Shown piece by piece: positions 18,345-28,866 of a stretch of 29,182 bases of DNA. The number at the start of each line of letters is the position of its first letter. Position 1 is the stretch's first letter. Below the pieces are notes generated by a model. That model searched no databases. It was not told where the DNA came from and was given only the letters and a program-made list of their open reading frames with translations. Position numbers and translations under genes: made by a program. This DNA is from an uncultured bacterium. Lineage in GTDB: Bacteria > CAYUVA01. The stretch spans positions 124,001 to 153,182 of the forward strand of contig CAYUVA010000003.1 in NCBI GenBank assembly GCA_964448115.1, written 5' to 3'.

Positions 18345-21300
18345 CTAGGCTGTTTCTTCCTCTTCTTTCTCGGCAGCCTCAACCTGCTCTTCATCCTCGA
18401 CTACCGCTTCCTGGTTGAAGACCTCTTCTTTTATCTCAGCCTCGATATCCCTTTCTTCCTCTTTTTCAGTCCGTACTGTGTCCCTGAAGATATCGAACTT
18501 GATCGGCTTGGTCGTCAACACCGTGTTCTTATACTGCCCCATTCCGGTTCCAGCAGGGATCAACCTTCCGACCACGATATTCTCCTTCAGTCCGCGCAGC
18601 ATATCCACCTTGCCCTTAGTAGCTGCATCGGTAAGGATCCTGGTGGTCTCCTGGAACGAGGCTGCTGATACGAAGCTATCGGTACTCAAGGCAGCCTTGG
18701 TGATGCCTAGTAGCAGGGGTTCGCCCTTTGCAGGGGTGCCATCCTGCTCTTTAACCCGCTTGTTTTCCTCCTGGAATTCGAACTTATCAACCTGCTGATC
18801 CAACAGGAATTTAGTGTCCCCGACATCGGTTATCTTGATCAGCCTCAGCATCTGTCTGACAATGATCTCAATATGCTTGTCGTTTATGGTAACTCCCTGC
18901 AGCCTGTAAACCTGTTGAATCTCGTTTACCAGGTATCTTTGTAGTTCCTTAATACCTTGGATTCTCAGGATATCATGGGGATTTATAGCTCCATCCATTA
19001 GCGGTTCGCCTGGTCTTATGAAATCTCCCTCATATACGCTGACATGTGCGCCTTTGGGGATTAGGTATTCCCTATCTACGCCCTGTGGGTTCTTGACCAC
19101 GATCCGTCTCATGCCGCGCTCGAATCCAGCAAAGTGCACTATCCCATCGATCTCGGAGATGATGGCAGCCTCTTTGGGGCGACGAGCCTCGAAAAGCTCG
19201 ACAACACGGGGCAAACCACCGGTGATGTCTTTAGTCTTAGTAGTCTCTCTAGGTATCTTGGCAATGATATCACCAGCCTTGACCGGTTCACCGTCAGTGA
19301 CCTCAAGGTGTGCGCCGTAAGGCATGTGATACTTTTTGACTTCATCTATGGTGATCTGGATGACATCAGCTTTGGTTGCTACTCGGCGTACTATACCGTC
19401 TATGGGAGATTTTATCTCTTTGGTTGTCGGCTTCTTGCGAGCTGGTTTTTTGCCTGGTCTCTTTATCCTTTTCAGTTCATCCTCGGATAAAGGCTCGGTG
19501 GCGATTACATCTCCTGGTGAGACCACTGTACCCCTATCAACCTTTACATCCGCATCCGGGCTTACATGGATAACCTCGCCACTGCGATCTTTATCCTCTA
19601 CTAGCACCATCAGCACTGGATGCTTATTTTCAGCGAAGAAGTCGGAGATTACCTTGGTGGATCGCATGGAGATGTCATCCACCTCTTCCTTCATAGTTAC
19701 GCCTTCCTCTATATCATGGTAAATAACGGTACCTGATTTCTCGGTCAGGATGACATTGGCGAAGGGATCCCATTTTATGACCGTGTCTCCCTGTTTGACT
19801 CTGCCTCCGTCATCGACCATGAGGGTAGCGCCATAAACTACCATGTACTCCTTCTCCCTGCCATCATCATAGTTGATGATCATGGAGCTGTGTCGGTTCA
19901 TCACGATCTTCTCGCCGTGCTTATTGGTTACCCACTGGATGCCCTGGTACTTGACCACACCATCCCCCTCTGCATCAAGTGTAGTCTGTTCTATTACCTT
20001 GCTGGCTGCGCCGCCGATGTGGAAGGTTCTCATGGTCAATTGCGTACCCGGCTCACCGATTGACTGGGCGGCGATTACACCAATAGCCTCACCTAGCTCG
20101 ACCAGGTTGCCGGTGGCAAGATTCCTGCCGTAGCAAAGGGCACAGACGCCATATCGGGTCTCGCAGGTCATCACGCTGCGGATCTTTACATGCTTGATAT
20201 TCGAGTCCTCAATTTCCTGGGCGATATCCTCGTCTATCTCCTGGTTCTTGCCGACTATGACCTGCTTGGTCTTTGGATTCAATACATCCTCAGCAGAGAT
20301 CCTCCCTATGAGCCTTTCCTTAAGCGGGGTAATGATCTCACCACCCTCTATTATGGCCTCCATTGTGATGCCTTCAGGGGTCCCGCAGTCGTACTCGGTT
20401 ATGATTACATCCTGAGCAACATCAACCAACCTTCGAGTCAAGTACCCGGAGTTAGCGGTCTTCAGGGCGGTATCAGCAAGCCCCTTTCGTGCTCCGTGTG
20501 TACTGTTGAAGTACTGCAGGACGGTTAAACCCTCGCGGAAGTTGGAGGTGATGGGCGTCTCGATGATCTCGCCGCTCGGCTTTGCCATCAAACCTCTTAG
20601 TCCGGCGAGCTGTCTGATCTGCTGCTTGCTACCTCTGGCTCCTGAGTGTGCCATCATGTAGATAGGATTGAACCGACCCGGTTTGGACTCGCCATCCGAG
20701 GTGGTGTAGCTGCCCGATTCTAGCTGGGCAAAAAGCTCCTCAGTAATCTGTTCGGTTACACTTGACCAGATATCGATGATCTTGTTGTATCGCTCACCAA
20801 GGGAGATGACCCCATTATGATGTTCACTCTCGACAGCAATGACCTTTTCCATGGCAACGCTTATATGGTCTTTTTTGGTCTTAGGTATGACCATATCATC
20901 GATACAGATAGATATCCCCGCCTTGGTGGCGTACTTGTAACCCAAGTCCTTCAAGGTATCCAAAAGCTCGACTGTCCTTGTTTTTCCGTACCTCCTGTAG
21001 AATCTGCCGATGATATCTCGAAGCGCCTTGTTAGTAGCATAGTCGTTGAAGAACTCGAAATCCTCGGGGAAGATCTGGTTGAACAGTACCCTGCCCACGG
21101 TTGTCTCTAGCAGCTTAGCGTTGACTCTAACCTTGATACGGGTACCGATCTCAACGAAGCCATTTTCATAGGCGATTACGACATCATCGGTGTCCTTGAA
21201 TATTTTACCTTCTCCCTTGGCTTTATCTTTGGGTAATGTCAGGTAGTAACAGCCCAGCACAATATCCTGGTTTGGAATCGCTATCGGCTGTCCACTTGCT

Positions 21301-22778
21301 GGCGATAACAGGTTGTTGGAAGCCATCATAAGCACCTTGGCTTCAAGTTGCGCCTCCAGGGATAAAGGTATATGGACTGCCATCTGATCGCCATCGAAAT
21401 CGGCGTTGAATGCCTGGCATACCAATGGATGGATGCGGATAGCCTTCCCTTCCACCAGGATAGGCTGAAAGCCCTGTATTCCTAGGCGGTGCAGCGTCGG
21501 TGCACGATTTAGCAACACAGGATGTTCTTTAATAACCTCCTCGAGGATCTCCCAGATCACCTCGTCGCGATCATCCACCTTTTTCTTGGCGCTTTTTATG
21601 GTCTCCACCAAGCCTCTTTCCTCCAGTTTCTGGAAGATAAAGGGCTTGAAAAGCTCCAGAGCCATGTCTTTTGGCAATCCACACTGGTACAGTTTCAGCT
21701 CCGGACCGGCAACAATCACCGATCGCCCCGAATAATCAACTCTCTTGCCAAGCAGATTCTGTCGGAAGCGCCCTTGTTTACCCTTCAAGACATCGCTCAG
21801 TGAGCGGAGCGGTCGATTGTTAGTGCCCTTGAGTACCCTGCCGCGCCTGCCGTTATCGAACAGGGCGTCCACCGCCTCTTGCAACATCCGCTTTTCGTTG
21901 CGAATGATCACATCGGGGGCGTTTAGCTCCTGGAGTCTCTTGAGTCGGTTGTTGCGGTTTATCACCCGGCGATACAGGTCATTAAGATCGCTGATGGCGA
22001 ATCTTCCACCATCAAGGGGTACTAAAGGTCTCAGCTCCGGTGGGATCACCGGGATGACATCCAGGATCATCCATTCCGGCCTTGCGCCTGATTTACGGAA
22101 AGCCTCGACCACCTTGAGTCTTTTTACTATCTTTTTAGCCTTCTGGTGCGAGGTTGCCTTGCGCATATCTTCTCTCAGTTCCTCAGCCAGGGTCTCCGGG
22201 TCGATCTGTGCCAGAACCTCCTTGATAGCCTCTGCGCCCATCTTGGCTATGAAGCTGTCGCCATGTTTCTCGACGAGTTTCAGGTACTCATCCTCGGTCA
22301 GAAGGTCTTTTACCTTTTTCTTGGTTGTACCAGGGTCGATAACCAGGTAATTCTGGTAGTAAAGTACCCTTTCCAGTTCACGAACTGACATGTCCAGTAC
22401 ATGACCGATCCGAGATGGAATACCCTTGAAGAACCAGATATGAGAGACCGGGCTTGCCAGCTCTATATGCCCCATTCTTTCTCTTCTTACCTTGGACTCT
22501 ATAACCTCGACACCGCATTTTTCGCACACGATGCCTCGATGCTTCATCCTTTTATACTTACCGCAGTGGCACTCCCAGTCCTTTGTTGGACCGAATATCT
22601 TTGTGCAGAACAGCCCCCCCCTCTCCGGCTTGAAGGTACGATAGTTGATGGTCTCCGGCTTTATTACCTCGCCATAAGACCATGAACGTATCTTCTCCGG
22701 CGAGGCGGGCATTATCTTGATAGCGTTGAACTCTATCTCTTCCCTCGGCTTCTCGCCAAAGCTGAATCTAAAGTCCAA
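18345..22778 (-). CDS. rpoC: RNA polymerase subunit beta'
   Basis: Zinc site CHCGKYK...[24 protein letters not shown], catalytic NADFDGDQM, bridge helix [15 protein letters not shown], trigger loop [23 protein letters not shown] at 22778 lies 7 nt after AGGAGG and is preferred over 22796. Confidence 0.99.
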   Translation of the reverse strand: MDFRFSFGEKPREEIEFNAIKIMPASPEKIRSWSYGEVIKPETINYRTFKPERGGLFCTKIFGPTKDWECHCGKYKRMKHRGIVCEKCGVEVIESKVRRERMGHIELASPVSHIWFFKGIPSRIGHVLDMSVRELERVLYYQNYLVIDPGTTKKKVKDLLTEDEYLKLVEKHGDSFIAKMGAEAIKEVLAQIDPETLAEELREDMRKATSHQKAKKIVKRLKVVEAFRKSGARPEWMILDVIPVIPPELRPLVPLDGGRFAISDLNDLYRRVINRNNRLKRLQELNAPDVIIRNEKRMLQEAVDALFDNGRRGRVLKGTNNRPLRSLSDVLKGKQGRFRQNLLGKRVDYSGRSVIVAGPELKLYQCGLPKDMALELFKPFIFQKLEERGLVETIKSAKKKVDDRDEVIWEILEEVIKEHPVLLNRAPTLHRLGIQGFQPILVEGKAIRIHPLVCQAFNADFDGDQMAVHIPLSLEAQLEAKVLMMASNNLLSPASGQPIAIPNQDIVLGCYYLTLPKDKAKGEGKIFKDTDDVVIAYENGFVEIGTRIKVRVNAKLLETTVGRVLFNQIFPEDFEFFNDYATNKALRDIIGRFYRRYGKTRTVELLDTLKDLGYKYATKAGISICIDDMVIPKTKKDHISVAMEKVIAVESEHHNGVISLGERYNKIIDIWSSVTEQITEELFAQLESGSYTTSDGESKPGRFNPIYMMAHSGARGSKQQIRQLAGLRGLMAKPSGEIIETPITSNFREGLTVLQYFNSTHGARKGLADTALKTANSGYLTRRLVDVAQDVIITEYDCGTPEGITMEAIIEGGEIITPLKERLIGRISAEDVLNPKTKQVIVGKNQEIDEDIAQEIEDSNIKHVKIRSVMTCETRYGVCALCYGRNLATGNLVELGEAIGVIAAQSIGEPGTQLTMRTFHIGGAASKVIEQTTLDAEGDGVVKYQGIQWVTNKHGEKIVMNRHSSMIINYDDGREKEYMVVYGATLMVDDGGRVKQGDTVIKWDPFANVILTEKSGTVIYHDIEEGVTMKEEVDDISMRSTKVISDFFAENKHPVLMVLVEDKDRSGEVIHVSPDADVKVDRGTVVSPGDVIATEPLSEDELKRIKRPGKKPARKKPTTKEIKSPIDGIVRRVATKADVIQITIDEVKKYHMPYGAHLEVTDGEPVKAGDIIAKIPRETTKTKDITGGLPRVVELFEARRPKEAAIISEIDGIVHFAGFERGMRRIVVKNPQGVDREYLIPKGAHVSVYEGDFIRPGEPLMDGAINPHDILRIQGIKELQRYLVNEIQQVYRLQGVTINDKHIEIIVRQMLRLIKITDVGDTKFLLDQQVDKFEFQEENKRVKEQDGTPAKGEPLLLGITKAALSTDSFVSAASFQETTRILTDAATKGKVDMLRGLKENIVVGRLIPAGTGMGQYKNTVLTTKPIKFDIFRDTVRTEKEEERDIEAEIKEEVFNQEAVVEDEEQVEAAEKEEEETA

Positions 22779-22840
22779 GTTGATCCCTCCTATCAAAAGA
22801 GGTCTTTGTTTGAATTTTCATCTTTCTTTTCAATGTCATC

Positions 22841-25800
22841 TCATTCCTTGACATTTATCAGTTCCACATCGAGAGCCAGGCTTTTTAGCTCCCTGATGAG
22901 TACATTGAATGACTCCGGCACTCCAGCCTCGAATCTGCCGGTATTCTTAACGATAGCTTGATATATTCTGGTTCTGCCTTCCACATCATCGGACTTGACG
23001 GTCAATATCTCCTGGAGCGTGTAGGCGGCGCCGTAGGCTTCAAGCGCCCAGACCTCCATCTCTCCGAAGCGTTGTCCACCGAACTGAGCCTTGCCCCCAA
23101 GCGGTTGCTGGGTTACCAAGGAGTAAGGTCCCGTGGAGCGGGCATGGATCTTATCCTCGACCAGATGGTTGAGCTTCATCATGTACATGTAACCGACGGT
23201 TACCTTCATATCGAAAGGCTGACCGGTTCTGCCATCATATAATATGGACTGCCCGGTGGGTGATAAACCAGCCTTTACAAGAAGCTGCTTAATATCATCT
23301 TCCTTAGCGCCATCGAAGACCGGGCTAGCGAATTTGAGCCCTAGTGCCGCGCCTGCCATGCCGAGATGGCACTCCAGGATCTGCCCCACATTCATCCTCG
23401 AGGGAACTCCCAATGGATTCAATACGAGATCTACTGGCGTGCCATCGGGCAGATAGGGCATATCCTCGACGGGAACTATCTTGGCGAGCACGCCCTTGTT
23501 GCCGTGGCGTCCAGCCATCTTATCCCCGACCTGGAGCTTCCGCTTCATGGCTACATAGACCTTGACCATCTTTATGACACCAGGCGGTAGGTCATCGCCG
23601 CCACCTATCTTGGATACTCGTTCCTTGAAAATGGAATCTATGTACTTGGTTCTCTCGGTTACCTGTTTATCAAGCCTCTGGATCTGCTTCTTCCTCTCCA
23701 GGTTTCCCTTGAATTCTATATGTAGCAGGTTCTCATAGCTTAGATTCTCAAGGGCTTTGGCGGTGATCTTCTTGCCCTTGGCTATAAGAACAGAACCATC
23801 CTCAGCTTGGACATCAGAGGCTGCCTGCAAGCCATTGAGCAGCTCAATCATTCTTTTCTTAGCCTCACGATGAATGATGCCTATCTGGTCGAGACGGTCT
23901 CTGGTGTATCTTTCGACCAATGCATCCTCGATCTCTTGAGTCCGGTAGTCTTTGGACACATCCTTTCTGCAAAAGACCTTGACATCTATCACGACTCCAT
24001 CGATTCCTGGTGGAGTCTTCAGCGAGGCATCCTTAACATCTCCTGCTTTTTCACCGAAGATTGCTCTAAGCAGCTTCTCTTCAGGGGTTAGTTGACTTTC
24101 GCCCTTTGGAGTGATCTTTCCAACCAGGATATCACCAGGTTTGACCATGGCTCCGATCCTGACCACGCCGCTTTCATCCAGGTTACGCAGCTTCTCCTCG
24201 CTGGCATTGGGGATATCTCTCGTAATCTCCTCCTTGCCTAGCTTGGTCTCTCTGGCTTCGATATTGAATTCCTCGATGTGTATAGAGGTGTATTTGTCTT
24301 CCTGAACCACGCGCTCGCTGATCAGTATGGCATCCTCGTAGTTGTATCCCCCCCAGGGCATGAAGGCGGTTAGTATATTCTGCCCCAGAGCTAACTCGCC
24401 GTGGTCGGTAGCGGGACCATCAGCGATCACCTCTCCTCGTTTAACGCGATCCCCTCGTTTAACGATCGGTTTTTGATTTATGCATGTATTCTGATTGGAT
24501 CGCCTGAACTTGACAAGGTCGTAGATATCGACCGCCAGGGCACCATCATTCTCCTCGTCCTCATCTGCCCTAATAATGATCCTCTCCGAGGTAGCGCTCT
24601 CTATAATGCCGCTCCTTCTGGCAATAAGGCAAACCCCCGAATCATGAGCAGCCCTGAACTCCATACCGGTTCCTACCAGAGGGGCGCTCGGTTTCATCAA
24701 GGGTACTGCCTGGCGTTGCATATTGGAGCCCATGAGTGCCCGGTTAGCATCATCATGTTCCAAAAACGGGATAAGTGATGTAGAGACGCTAACCAGTTGT
24801 TTAGGAGACACATCCATGTGGGTAACCTCATCGATGCTGGTCATAATAGCCTCGCCACCCTTTCTTACCGATACGCGGTCAATAAGGAATCTCCTATCCT
24901 TGCCCACTGGTGCATTCGCCTGTGCTATTACCGGTTTCTCCTTCCCGCCAGAATCCTCATCCAGAGCAGACAGGTAAGCAACCTTATTGGTTACTTTGCC
25001 ATCTTCTACGAACCTGTAGGGAGTTTCTATGAAACCTAGCTGGTTAACCCTTGCATAGGTGCTCAAGGAGGTGATCAAGCCGACATTGGGTCCTTCGGGG
25101 GTCTCTATAGGACATATTCTTCCGTAGTGTGTCGAGTTGACATCCCTGACATCGAAGCCAGCTCTCTCGCGGCTTAGTCCGCCGGGACCGAGCGCGCTGA
25201 GCCTTCGTTTATGGGTCATCTCCGCTAGCGGATTGGTCTGATCCAAGAACTGGGAAAGCTGTGAGGAGCCGAAGAACTCCTTTAGCGTCGCCGTGATCGG
25301 CTTGGCGTTTATCAGATCGTAAGGCATCGAGGTCGAGATATCCTGGATATTCATTCGTTCCTTTATCGCCTTTTCGATACGCACCAAGCCGATGCGAAGT
25401 TGGTTCTCCAGAAGCTCTCCAACCGTGCGAACCCGCCTGTTTCCCAGATGATCGATATCGTCTATTCCTTCCTTGGCTGGGATGCTGCCGGTCTTGAGTC
25501 TCAGCAAGTACCTGATCGTCTCGAAGATATCCTCGGGACGAAGCACCCTATCCTCGACATGGGGACTAAGATTGAGCTTCCGATTCATCTTCATGCGTCC
25601 CACCCTTGACAGGTCAAAGGTTCTAGGATCGAAGAATAGTCGGTTAAACAGGGATCTTGCGCTCTCTTCGGTGAGGGGGTCGCCGGGTCTTAGTATCCGA
25701 TATATCTCTCTCTGTGCCTCGATCTTGCTTTTGCTTTTATCCTTCTTCAGGGTTTCTCTGAGCGATTCACCGACGCTCGATTTATCGAGGATGATCTGAA

Positions 25801-27061
25801 AGCTCTGAATATTGGACTCCGTGATCCGCTCAAAGACAGTATCGGTGATCTCCGTGTTGGCGGTCAGGATTATCTCATCGGTCTCGGGATGGAATATATC
25901 CTTTGCCAGGATCTTGCCCAAGAGTTCGCTCTTTGGTACCTCGAACTCCTCGACATTCTTTTTACGAATATTGTTTAGCATATAGGTTGATATCTTCTTG
26001 CCTGCCTCGATCAGGATCCCACCTGTTGAATCTAGGATATTAGTATTAAAGGTCTCTCCTTTTAGCTTGTCGTTCACCTTGCGATAGTATCTATCCCCTC
26101 TTATCTCGATGCGATCAGATTCATAGAAGATATCCAGGATCTCCTCGGTGGTGTTCATTCCTAGCGCTCGGATGATGACCGTGGCAGGAAGTTTTCGCTT
26201 GCGATCTATGCGCACATGTAGGATATCGCTGCTGTCGAACTCGAATTCCAGCCAGGAGCCACGATAAGGTACTATGCGTGCAGAATAGATGATCTTGGCA
26301 CCAGTGGCTGTCTTCATCTTCTCCTGGGAGAAGAATACCCCTGGCGAGCGGTGCAACTGGCTAACGATAGCCCTCTCGGTTCCGTTTATGATAAAGATGC
26401 CCTTGTTGCCACAGCGAAGGCGACCATCTACATCGGTATAGATATCGATCATCACCGGCATCTCGCCGAGATAGACCTGTTGTTCCTTGATATCCCTTAT
26501 GGAGCGTTCTTCGGTATCCGTATCCACATCCCATGAGATGAGCCTGATAGTAACCTTAAGTGGTATTGCATAGGTTAACCCAAGATCTTTGCATTCTTCT
26601 ATGTTGTATTTGGTCTTGAGTGTAACCCTTGAGTTGCACTTGGGGCATCGATGATAGTCAACCTTGGTCTTACACTTTTTGCACACCTCCCTTTGTTTTA
26701 CATTGGGAAGCGAGCTTAATCCGCTCAACTGACCGCATTCACAGCTCCACCTGTGGCGGTACTCAAAGCCCTTGGTATGTCCGCAGAAGCATTCCCAGTT
26801 GCCCAGCTCGTAGTTGACGAACTCCAACGAGGAGGACTTGTTAAAGCTCTCGATAGGAAAGACGCTTAAAAAAGCCTCCTGAATGCCTATTTCCTTCCTT
26901 TCGTCAGGGGGCACATCAAGCTGGAGAAAGTCCTCAAATGGCTTCTGCTGGATATCCAATAGATAAGGGACATCCATTATGGTAGGTATCCTACTGAAAT
27001 CGATCCTGCCGTTGGTGGAGATCTTGCTTGTTACAAGATCACTTCTGGACTCTTCGCTCAT
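22841..27061 (-). CDS. rpoB: RNA polymerase subunit beta
   Basis: [79 protein letters not shown]. Confidence 0.99.
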   Translation of the reverse strand: MSEESRSDLVTSKISTNGRIDFSRIPTIMDVPYLLDIQQKPFEDFLQLDVPPDERKEIGIQEAFLSVFPIESFNKSSSLEFVNYELGNWECFCGHTKGFEYRHRWSCECGQLSGLSSLPNVKQREVCKKCKTKVDYHRCPKCNSRVTLKTKYNIEECKDLGLTYAIPLKVTIRLISWDVDTDTEERSIRDIKEQQVYLGEMPVMIDIYTDVDGRLRCGNKGIFIINGTERAIVSQLHRSPGVFFSQEKMKTATGAKIIYSARIVPYRGSWLEFEFDSSDILHVRIDRKRKLPATVIIRALGMNTTEEILDIFYESDRIEIRGDRYYRKVNDKLKGETFNTNILDSTGGILIEAGKKISTYMLNNIRKKNVEEFEVPKSELLGKILAKDIFHPETDEIILTANTEITDTVFERITESNIQSFQIILDKSSVGESLRETLKKDKSKSKIEAQREIYRILRPGDPLTEESARSLFNRLFFDPRTFDLSRVGRMKMNRKLNLSPHVEDRVLRPEDIFETIRYLLRLKTGSIPAKEGIDDIDHLGNRRVRTVGELLENQLRIGLVRIEKAIKERMNIQDISTSMPYDLINAKPITATLKEFFGSSQLSQFLDQTNPLAEMTHKRRLSALGPGGLSRERAGFDVRDVNSTHYGRICPIETPEGPNVGLITSLSTYARVNQLGFIETPYRFVEDGKVTNKVAYLSALDEDSGGKEKPVIAQANAPVGKDRRFLIDRVSVRKGGEAIMTSIDEVTHMDVSPKQLVSVSTSLIPFLEHDDANRALMGSNMQRQAVPLMKPSAPLVGTGMEFRAAHDSGVCLIARRSGIIESATSERIIIRADEDEENDGALAVDIYDLVKFRRSNQNTCINQKPIVKRGDRVKRGEVIADGPATDHGELALGQNILTAFMPWGGYNYEDAILISERVVQEDKYTSIHIEEFNIEARETKLGKEEITRDIPNASEEKLRNLDESGVVRIGAMVKPGDILVGKITPKGESQLTPEEKLLRAIFGEKAGDVKDASLKTPPGIDGVVIDVKVFCRKDVSKDYRTQEIEDALVERYTRDRLDQIGIIHREAKKRMIELLNGLQAASDVQAEDGSVLIAKGKKITAKALENLSYENLLHIEFKGNLERKKQIQRLDKQVTERTKYIDSIFKERVSKIGGGDDLPPGVIKMVKVYVAMKRKLQVGDKMAGRHGNKGVLAKIVPVEDMPYLPDGTPVDLVLNPLGVPSRMNVGQILECHLGMAGAALGLKFASPVFDGAKEDDIKQLLVKAGLSPTGQSILYDGRTGQPFDMKVTVGYMYMMKLNHLVEDKIHARSTGPYSLVTQQPLGGKAQFGGQRFGEMEVWALEAYGAAYTLQEILTVKSDDVEGRTRIYQAIVKNTGRFEAGVPESFNVLIRELKSLALDVELINVKE

Positions 27062-27093
27062 GGAAATGTCCTAATTGGTTGATTTTCCTATTA

Positions 27094-27495
27094 TTATTTG
27101 ATCTCGGTCTTGGCGCCGACTGCCTCTAATTTCTTGGCAATCTCTTGCGCCTGTTCCTTAGTAACGCCTTCCTTGATCACGCTGGGAACGCCTTCAACCA
27201 GTTCCTTGACTTCCTTCAAGCCAAGCCCGGTAACTGCACGAACCTCTTTGAGCACGGCTATCTTCTTGGCTTCGTCATAGGATGCCAGGTGAACTGTGAA
27301 CTCGGTCTGTTCCTCAGCTTTCTCTTCCTCGGCGCCCTCAGCCGGGGCGGCTACAACCGCACCGGCAGCTACCGGGGCTGCCGCGCTAACGCCATATCTC
27401 TCTTCCATCTCCTTGATGAGCTTGGAAAGCTCAAGGACGGTTAGATTATCGATGTATTCAAGGAACTGTTCCTTTGTGATGCTTGAATCCGACAT
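27094..27495 (-). CDS. rplL: 50S ribosomal protein bL12 (L7/L12)
   Basis: [22 protein letters not shown], Ala/Glu hinge, [17 protein letters not shown]. Followed by stops TAA TAA TAG. Confidence 0.99.
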   Translation of the reverse strand: MSDSSITKEQFLEYIDNLTVLELSKLIKEMEERYGVSAAAPVAAGAVVAAPAEGAEEEKAEEQTEFTVHLASYDEAKKIAVLKEVRAVTGLGLKEVKELVEGVPSVIKEGVTKEQAQEIAKKLEAVGAKTEIK

Positions 27496-27553
27496 TATTG
27501 CCTCCTTAGGATCGCTAAAGTTCGTCTGTTATCTATTGATGCTGATTTCATCA

Positions 27554-28105
27554 CTATTTCTTTTCCTCTTCAGGGCTTGCTTGATCACCCGTTTGACGAT
27601 TTTCTTTTATGCCATTGAGGATATTGAGTAATCCTCGAGGTGTTCCGGCTAGTATATTCATCAGCGATGATAAAGGCGCCTGCATTAACCCGACCAATTG
27701 TGCCATAAGTACCTCCCGGGGCTGAGTCTTTGCCAGAGCCTTGATCTCATCTAGTCCGATCAACTCATTACCTAGTATCCCGCCTCGTATCTCTATGCTT
27801 TCCTTTTCCTTCAGGAACTCCAAGGTCTTTTTAGCTATTCCAACCGGGTCTTTATGGGTATAGATAATCGCGGTAGGTCCGCTTATAAGCTCGGAGAGGG
27901 GCGCTACCTGGTGATCGGTTATAGCCCTTTTGGCTAGCCGGTTCTTTACTACCTTAAGATTTCCTTCTCCTTCCCTGAGCAAACGGCGGAGATGTTCCAG
28001 CTCCTTGACGCTCAGCCCCCGATAGTCCATCACCAGCGCAGCGGCGGCATTAGCTAGCTGCTCCTCTATCTGTTTGGCTTTTATTATCTTTGTAGCTCTA
28101 TCCAC
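27554..28105 (-). CDS. rplJ: 50S ribosomal protein uL10
   Basis: DYRGLSV..L..LRR.LR, VVKNRLAKRAI, GPTAI. GTG start with SD AAGGAGG. Confidence 0.98.
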   Translation of the reverse strand: MDRATKIIKAKQIEEQLANAAAALVMDYRGLSVKELEHLRRLLREGEGNLKVVKNRLAKRAITDHQVAPLSELISGPTAIIYTHKDPVGIAKKTLEFLKEKESIEIRGGILGNELIGLDEIKALAKTQPREVLMAQLVGLMQAPLSSLMNILAGTPRGLLNILNGIKENRQTGDQASPEEEKK

Positions 28106-28126
28106 TTGGTATCCTCCTTAACATCC

Positions 28127-28831
28127 TTATCGGAACTCGTTGAGTATTGCAGTCGGATCGATCTTTAGTCCCGGTCCCATGGTCGATGAGATGCTGATGC
28201 CCTTTAGGTATCTACCCTTTACGGTTGGGGGTCTCATCTTGATAATGGTCTTGAAAAGCGCCTTACAATTTTCCACCAGCTTGGCGGTATCGAAAGATTT
28301 CTTGCCCACCGGAGCGTGGATAATACCTGCCTTGTCAACCCTGAAGGATATCTGTCCCCTCTTTATCTCCTTGATAGCATTGCCAATGTTCATATCCAGG
28401 GTGCCGGACTTGGGATTAGGCATCATCTTTCTGGGACCTAATATCTTCCCTAGTTTGCTCACCTTGCTCATCACATCAGGGGTAGCCACCACGATATCGA
28501 ACTCCAGCCAGCCGCCTTGTATCTTCTCGATGAACTCGTCCAAGCCGACATAGTCTGCTCCGGCTTGTTCAGCCTCGTTTATCTTTTCTCCCTGGGTAAG
28601 GGCGAGTATCCTCACCGTTTTGCCGGTGCCATGGGGTAATACACAGGTGCCTCTTACTATCTGCTCCGCATGACGAGGATTGACTCCTAGCTTCATTGCC
28701 ACCTCGATGGTCTCATCGAACTTGGCAAAGGAGATCTCCTTGAGCAGTTCAATAGCCTCCTCGAGGTTATATAACCGATTCCTATCTATCTTTTCTTTTA
28801 CGGCTCGTATGTTTTTGCTTACGCTTGCCAT
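28127..28831 (-). CDS. rplA: 50S ribosomal protein uL1
   Basis: KFDETIEV, VRGTCVLPHGTGK, LGKILGPRKMMPNPKSGT, SSTMGPG. ATG at 28831 follows SD GGAG; the ORF extends to 28846. Confidence 0.99.
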   Translation of the reverse strand: MASVSKNIRAVKEKIDRNRLYNLEEAIELLKEISFAKFDETIEVAMKLGVNPRHAEQIVRGTCVLPHGTGKTVRILALTQGEKINEAEQAGADYVGLDEFIEKIQGGWLEFDIVVATPDVMSKVSKLGKILGPRKMMPNPKSGTLDMNIGNAIKEIKRGQISFRVDKAGIIHAPVGKKSFDTAKLVENCKALFKTIIKMRPPTVKGRYLKGISISSTMGPGLKIDPTAILNEFR

Positions 28832-28866
28832 GATCGTACACTCCATATTTATCTTAATGTATTACG

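Noticed and set aside
2162..19345. Alternative-frame minus-strand ORFs at 2162-2368, 12506-12691, 12661-12852 and 19139-19345
   Set aside because: They are short, overlap rpsK, rpsS/rplB or rpoC out of frame, and have no family resemblance. The host genes are intact, so no frameshift needs to be invoked.
25060..25290. Possible intrinsic rifampicin resistance in RpoB
   Set aside because: The key positions equivalent to E. coli Q513, D516, H526, S531 and I572 are wild-type ([26 protein letters not shown]). The other differences (e.g. DVNST for DVHPT) do not support a claim.
18345..27061. Inteins or introns explaining the long RpoB and RpoC
   Set aside because: The insertions lack C/S...HN-C/S/T splice junctions and homing-endonuclease motifs, and the frames are continuous.
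27085..27556. Tandem stops after rplL (TAA TAA TAG) and rplJ (TAG TGA TGA) as a sign of recoding
   Set aside because: TAA, TAG and TGA each end genes at the expected lengths and no gene has an in-frame stop. Backup stops after highly expressed genes are ordinary.
28832..28866. L1-binding autoregulatory site in the rplK-rplA spacer
   Set aside because: Only weak pairing is visible, and I could not identify the L1-binding consensus.
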